Assembly (NCBI GenBank): GCA_963762115.1
Contig: CAVXJH010000006.1
Location: 192,001-256,000, forward strand
DNA from: Candidatus Babeliales bacterium
GTDB taxonomy: Bacteria; Babelota; Babeliae; Babelales; JANWKD01
DNA: 64,000 nt
Direction of reading: 5' to 3'
Shown here: positions 61,419 through 64,000 of the stretch, piece after piece
Numbering within the stretch: position 1 is the first letter of the stretch
How the letters are laid out: every line of letters starts with the position of its first letter
Program-made: the position numbers and the translations under genes
Notes under the pieces: generated by a model
The model's database searches: none
What the model was told of the DNA's origin: nothing
The model's input: the letters and a program-made list of their open reading frames with translations, nothing else

Positions 61419-61594
61419 AGATAAAGTAATTCTAAAGTGAATTTGATGAGTAGGAACACGTGAAGTAAAAAATATTTTCATGAGAAAAAAAGCATTAATA
61501 ACAGAAATGTCATTGCTGTATGTGTTCAGAGTTTCGGTGAATAATTTTTTACACAAAGTGGCAATCAAAGTTGAATTGTAAGTTTTTTAATTCC

Positions 61595-61966
61595 TTAAAC
61601 GGGTATGCCGGTTTCTTTCAACAATTCGGATGGTACTTTGCCATTCAAACCTTGATGCGGCCGATGTTCATTGTGATAGAAATTATATCCAAGAACAGCA
61701 TCTTTTAATTCATCGATTGTGTTAAAGATGGATCCTTCAATAACTTCATCATCAAAAGAACGCCAAAATCTTTCAATTTTTCCATTTGTTTGTGGTCTAT
61801 AAGGCAAAGTTCTTCGATGTTTAATCGCAAAATGAAGTAGCAATCGTTCAAAAGGATGATTTTTTAATTTTTCTGGCGTTGAACAAAACTCAGCACCATT
61901 ATCTGTCAGAGCTTCATCAAAGGTGATATTATATCGTTGGTTCATATGTAAAATAATATCCATCAT
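61595..61966 (-). pseudogene. IS481 transposase, C-terminal part
   Basis: LTDNGAEF, PYRPQTNGKIERF and HNEHRPHQGL (integrase core); in frame with the N-part once IS110 is removed. Confidence 0.92.
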
Positions 61967-62013
61967 AGTGATTGTGTTAAAAGTCAAATATTTTTTAATA
62001 AAGCTAAACAATA

Positions 62014-62955
62014 TTAAGCTTTACATAATTCACCTTTTTTTAGTAAAGAATTAGCAATCACAATAAGTTTATGCATAATAGCTACGATAGCTATTTTAAA
62101 AGGTTTTTTAGAAGTTATTAAACGATCGTAAAGTTCCTTTAATGGGAGATGATATTTAATAGTTGTTAATGCACACATATAAAGCATATTTCTTGGAATA
62201 GTTCTTCCACCTCTGATGAATTTTTTACCCTTATAACTTCCACTTTCATTCTCATAAGGACAAACACCAATGAGTGCTGATACTTTTTTATTACTTATTT
62301 GACCAAGTTCAGGAACGAATGATAATAATGTTGCAGCTGAAGTTTTGCCTATTCCTGGAATTGACTCCAAAATTTTTGATTTTGTATTTAATTTTTCATC
62401 TTGCTGAATTAAATCTTGTATCTTTAAATCAATTGATTTGATTTCGCACTCTAAGATTTTGATAAATTTCTTTATACTTGATGCATATAATGCATGAGAT
62501 GGATGTTTAGATCTTGTTTTTTCGGCAACTAAAAATTTTACCAAGTCATTTTTACGATTGACCAAAGCTTGTAATTTTTCTTGATTTTCGCTTTTGTTCA
62601 TTATCTCATAATCAGGAGAATTTTTAGAAGCAAATTCAGCAATTTTTCGAGCATCAATTTTATCCGTTTTGCTTTTGCAGCCACTAGCAACAATATAGCC
62701 TTTTATTCTTCTTGGATCGATGATCCAAAGATAATAACAATTTTTTTTTAATATTCGAGCAAGTAATTTTTCATACCCACCAGTTGCTTCGCATGCAATT
62801 TGTTCGATATCATATTTAACTAATTCTTTAATGATCTCCGTTATTCCAACTTCTGAGTTTGATACTTTTAAAGATTTTCCTATTGGATGGATATAAACAT
62901 CTAAAGTGTTTTTTGAAATATCGACACCTATAAATACTTTTGATATATTTTTCAT
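62014..62955 (-). CDS. IS110-family DEDD recombinase (bridge recombinase), 313 aa
   Basis: GVDISK, CEATG and KTDKIDA (DEDD); IPGIG; ESG catalytic Ser; GGR..R..LYM. Confidence 0.96.
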   Translation of the reverse strand: MKNISKVFIGVDISKNTLDVYIHPIGKSLKVSNSEVGITEIIKELVKYDIEQIACEATGGYEKLLARILKKNCYYLWIIDPRRIKGYIVASGCKSKTDKIDARKIAEFASKNSPDYEIMNKSENQEKLQALVNRKNDLVKFLVAEKTRSKHPSHALYASSIKKFIKILECEIKSIDLKIQDLIQQDEKLNTKSKILESIPGIGKTSAATLLSFVPELGQISNKKVSALIGVCPYENESGSYKGKKFIRGGRTIPRNMLYMCALTTIKYHLPLKELYDRLITSKKPFKIAIVAIMHKLIVIANSLLKKGELCKA

Positions 62956-62959
62956 AAAT

Positions 62960-63163
62960 ACCTCTGGCTTGTAGACATGCGAGATCGTATGTACTTGATA
63001 CGTCTCTAGTGATTGTTCGAGGTCATTTTTGTATAAGCTGATAGTCTCAAACTATGACACGGTCCTTTGAGACCAAGCTTGACACGAGATCTATCAGCTT
63101 CTCAAACAATTAATTTCAAAACAACTGATCATAAATTAACAAAATTTAGCTTTAAAATCATTT
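62960..63163 (-). ncRNA. Bridge RNA with target-binding and donor-binding loops
   Basis: Target loop closed by aagctgatag/ctatcagctt; donor loop closed by acctc/gaggt. Donor guides ACAAUCACU and UACAAG match the element's own circle junction. Right target guide GUCAUAG matches the insertion site. Confidence 0.88.
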
Positions 63164-63177
63164 TGATTTAACATACA

Positions 63178-63801
63178 AGCAAAGGCAACATCAATTGCCT
63201 TTAAAGATTCAATTACTTCGACCCAAACTATTCTCGAAAAATCATCAATTACACCCAATACAAAATATTTCTTTTTAGGTTCAGATTGTACAATTCCCTT
63301 AGGTAGGTAATGGCAATCTATATGAGCTAATGATCCTGCAAATGTTCTCACAATCTTTCTTTTTTCCTCTTGCACTAATTTAGTTAATTTAGAAACACCA
63401 TATTTTCGTAAAGTTCGATACACTGAACTTGCAGAAAAACCCTTTTTAATCAAAGGATTTTTTTTGAGGGCCGCAGCGATAACATACCTATTTAAACCTG
63501 ATTTTCGGTATTCCAAAATTTTTTTTACAAGGCTATCATCTGCAAGTGGAAGTTCCTCAAATTTAGGTTTAGGACCACGCCTTATAGGCAGTAGAAGTTC
63601 GGGAATTCCCTGGGCCGCTTTATAGCGCCCATAAAGTTTATAAAAATTCTGGAAACAGAGCTCCCTGGCTTCAAAAAATTCTCGAACAAACCTAAATTGT
63701 GGATGCTTTTTTGCCTTAACAAGCTCATATTCTTCTACATATTTTAGCATGTACTTTATTGAATTACTAACCAAAGTAGGATACGATGTATTTATACTCA
63801 C
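63178..63801 (-). pseudogene. IS481 transposase, N-terminal part
   Basis: AGGAG RBS and GTG start; HTH-like region, RRGPKP, SVYRTLRKYG, AHIDCH and VIDDFSR. Confidence 0.92.
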
Positions 63802-64000
63802 AAAAGAACTCCTGTGTTAAAATTGTTAATATTTGCGTATTCTAATTCTAACTCTGATTTACTTTTGTGGGTATTTTTTTATTCACCGAAATTATGAACT
63901 TTTACAATTGCGAGCCAACATTGTTGGCGTGGCAACCCAGCATATAAAATGCTATTAATTTTTTCCTATAAAGTGAATTAAAAAATATTTGTTAATGTAA

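Larger units (their letters stand above)
61967..63179 (-). mobile_element. IS110-family (IS621-like) bridge-recombinase element with CT core
   Basis: CT core at both junctions (61967-61968 and 63178-63179, minus strand). Removal restores the host transposase frame. Long non-coding left end and short right end. Confidence 0.93.
61517..63906 (-). mobile_element. IS481-family insertion sequence (about 1.18 kb) interrupted by an IS110 element
   Basis: Imperfect TIRs tgtatgtgttcagagtttcggtgaataa and tgtaaaagttcataatttcggtgaataa (TGT...ACA ends); 5-bp TSD ATTGC at 61512-61516 and 63907-63911. Confidence 0.9.

Noticed and set aside
61575..61595. Alternative IS481 end at tgtaagtttt
   Set aside because: It matches the other end poorly and has no TSD; 61517 gives a longer TIR and the ATTGC duplication.
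61967..62011. N-terminus of the 138-aa ORF and the last 13 aa of the 221-aa ORF as genuine protein sequence
   Set aside because: Both are read-through into IS110 end sequence; the two ORFs are halves of one split transposase.

Overview
AT-rich bacterial window (roughly 30% GC by eye). Its gene content suggests an intracellular parasite or symbiont of protists, most likely Candidatus Dependentiae (TM6/Babelota); this assignment is inference. Housekeeping genes are nfo (partial), aspS, eno, tpiA, secG, mlaEF, cysS, bamA and a probable 6S RNA. They are interleaved with a type II secretion operon carrying two secretins (gspC-gspD-gspL-gspM-gspD) and many signal-peptide proteins, including ankyrin proteins with NLS/BC-box-like or F-box-like motifs. 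The right end holds a nested mobile element. An IS110-family bridge-recombinase element (61967-63179) sits at a CT core inside an IS481-family element (61517-63906, 5-bp TSD ATTGC). Its bridge RNA donor and target guides can be read directly from the sequence, and circularisation would build a sigma70 promoter. A recurrent scar appears three times: the last 25-45 nt of an upstream gene reappear downstream of an accessory cassette. About 11 exported proteins have Met-Glu/Asp/Gln immediately after the predicted signal peptide. No tRNA, rRNA or CRISPR array was seen.
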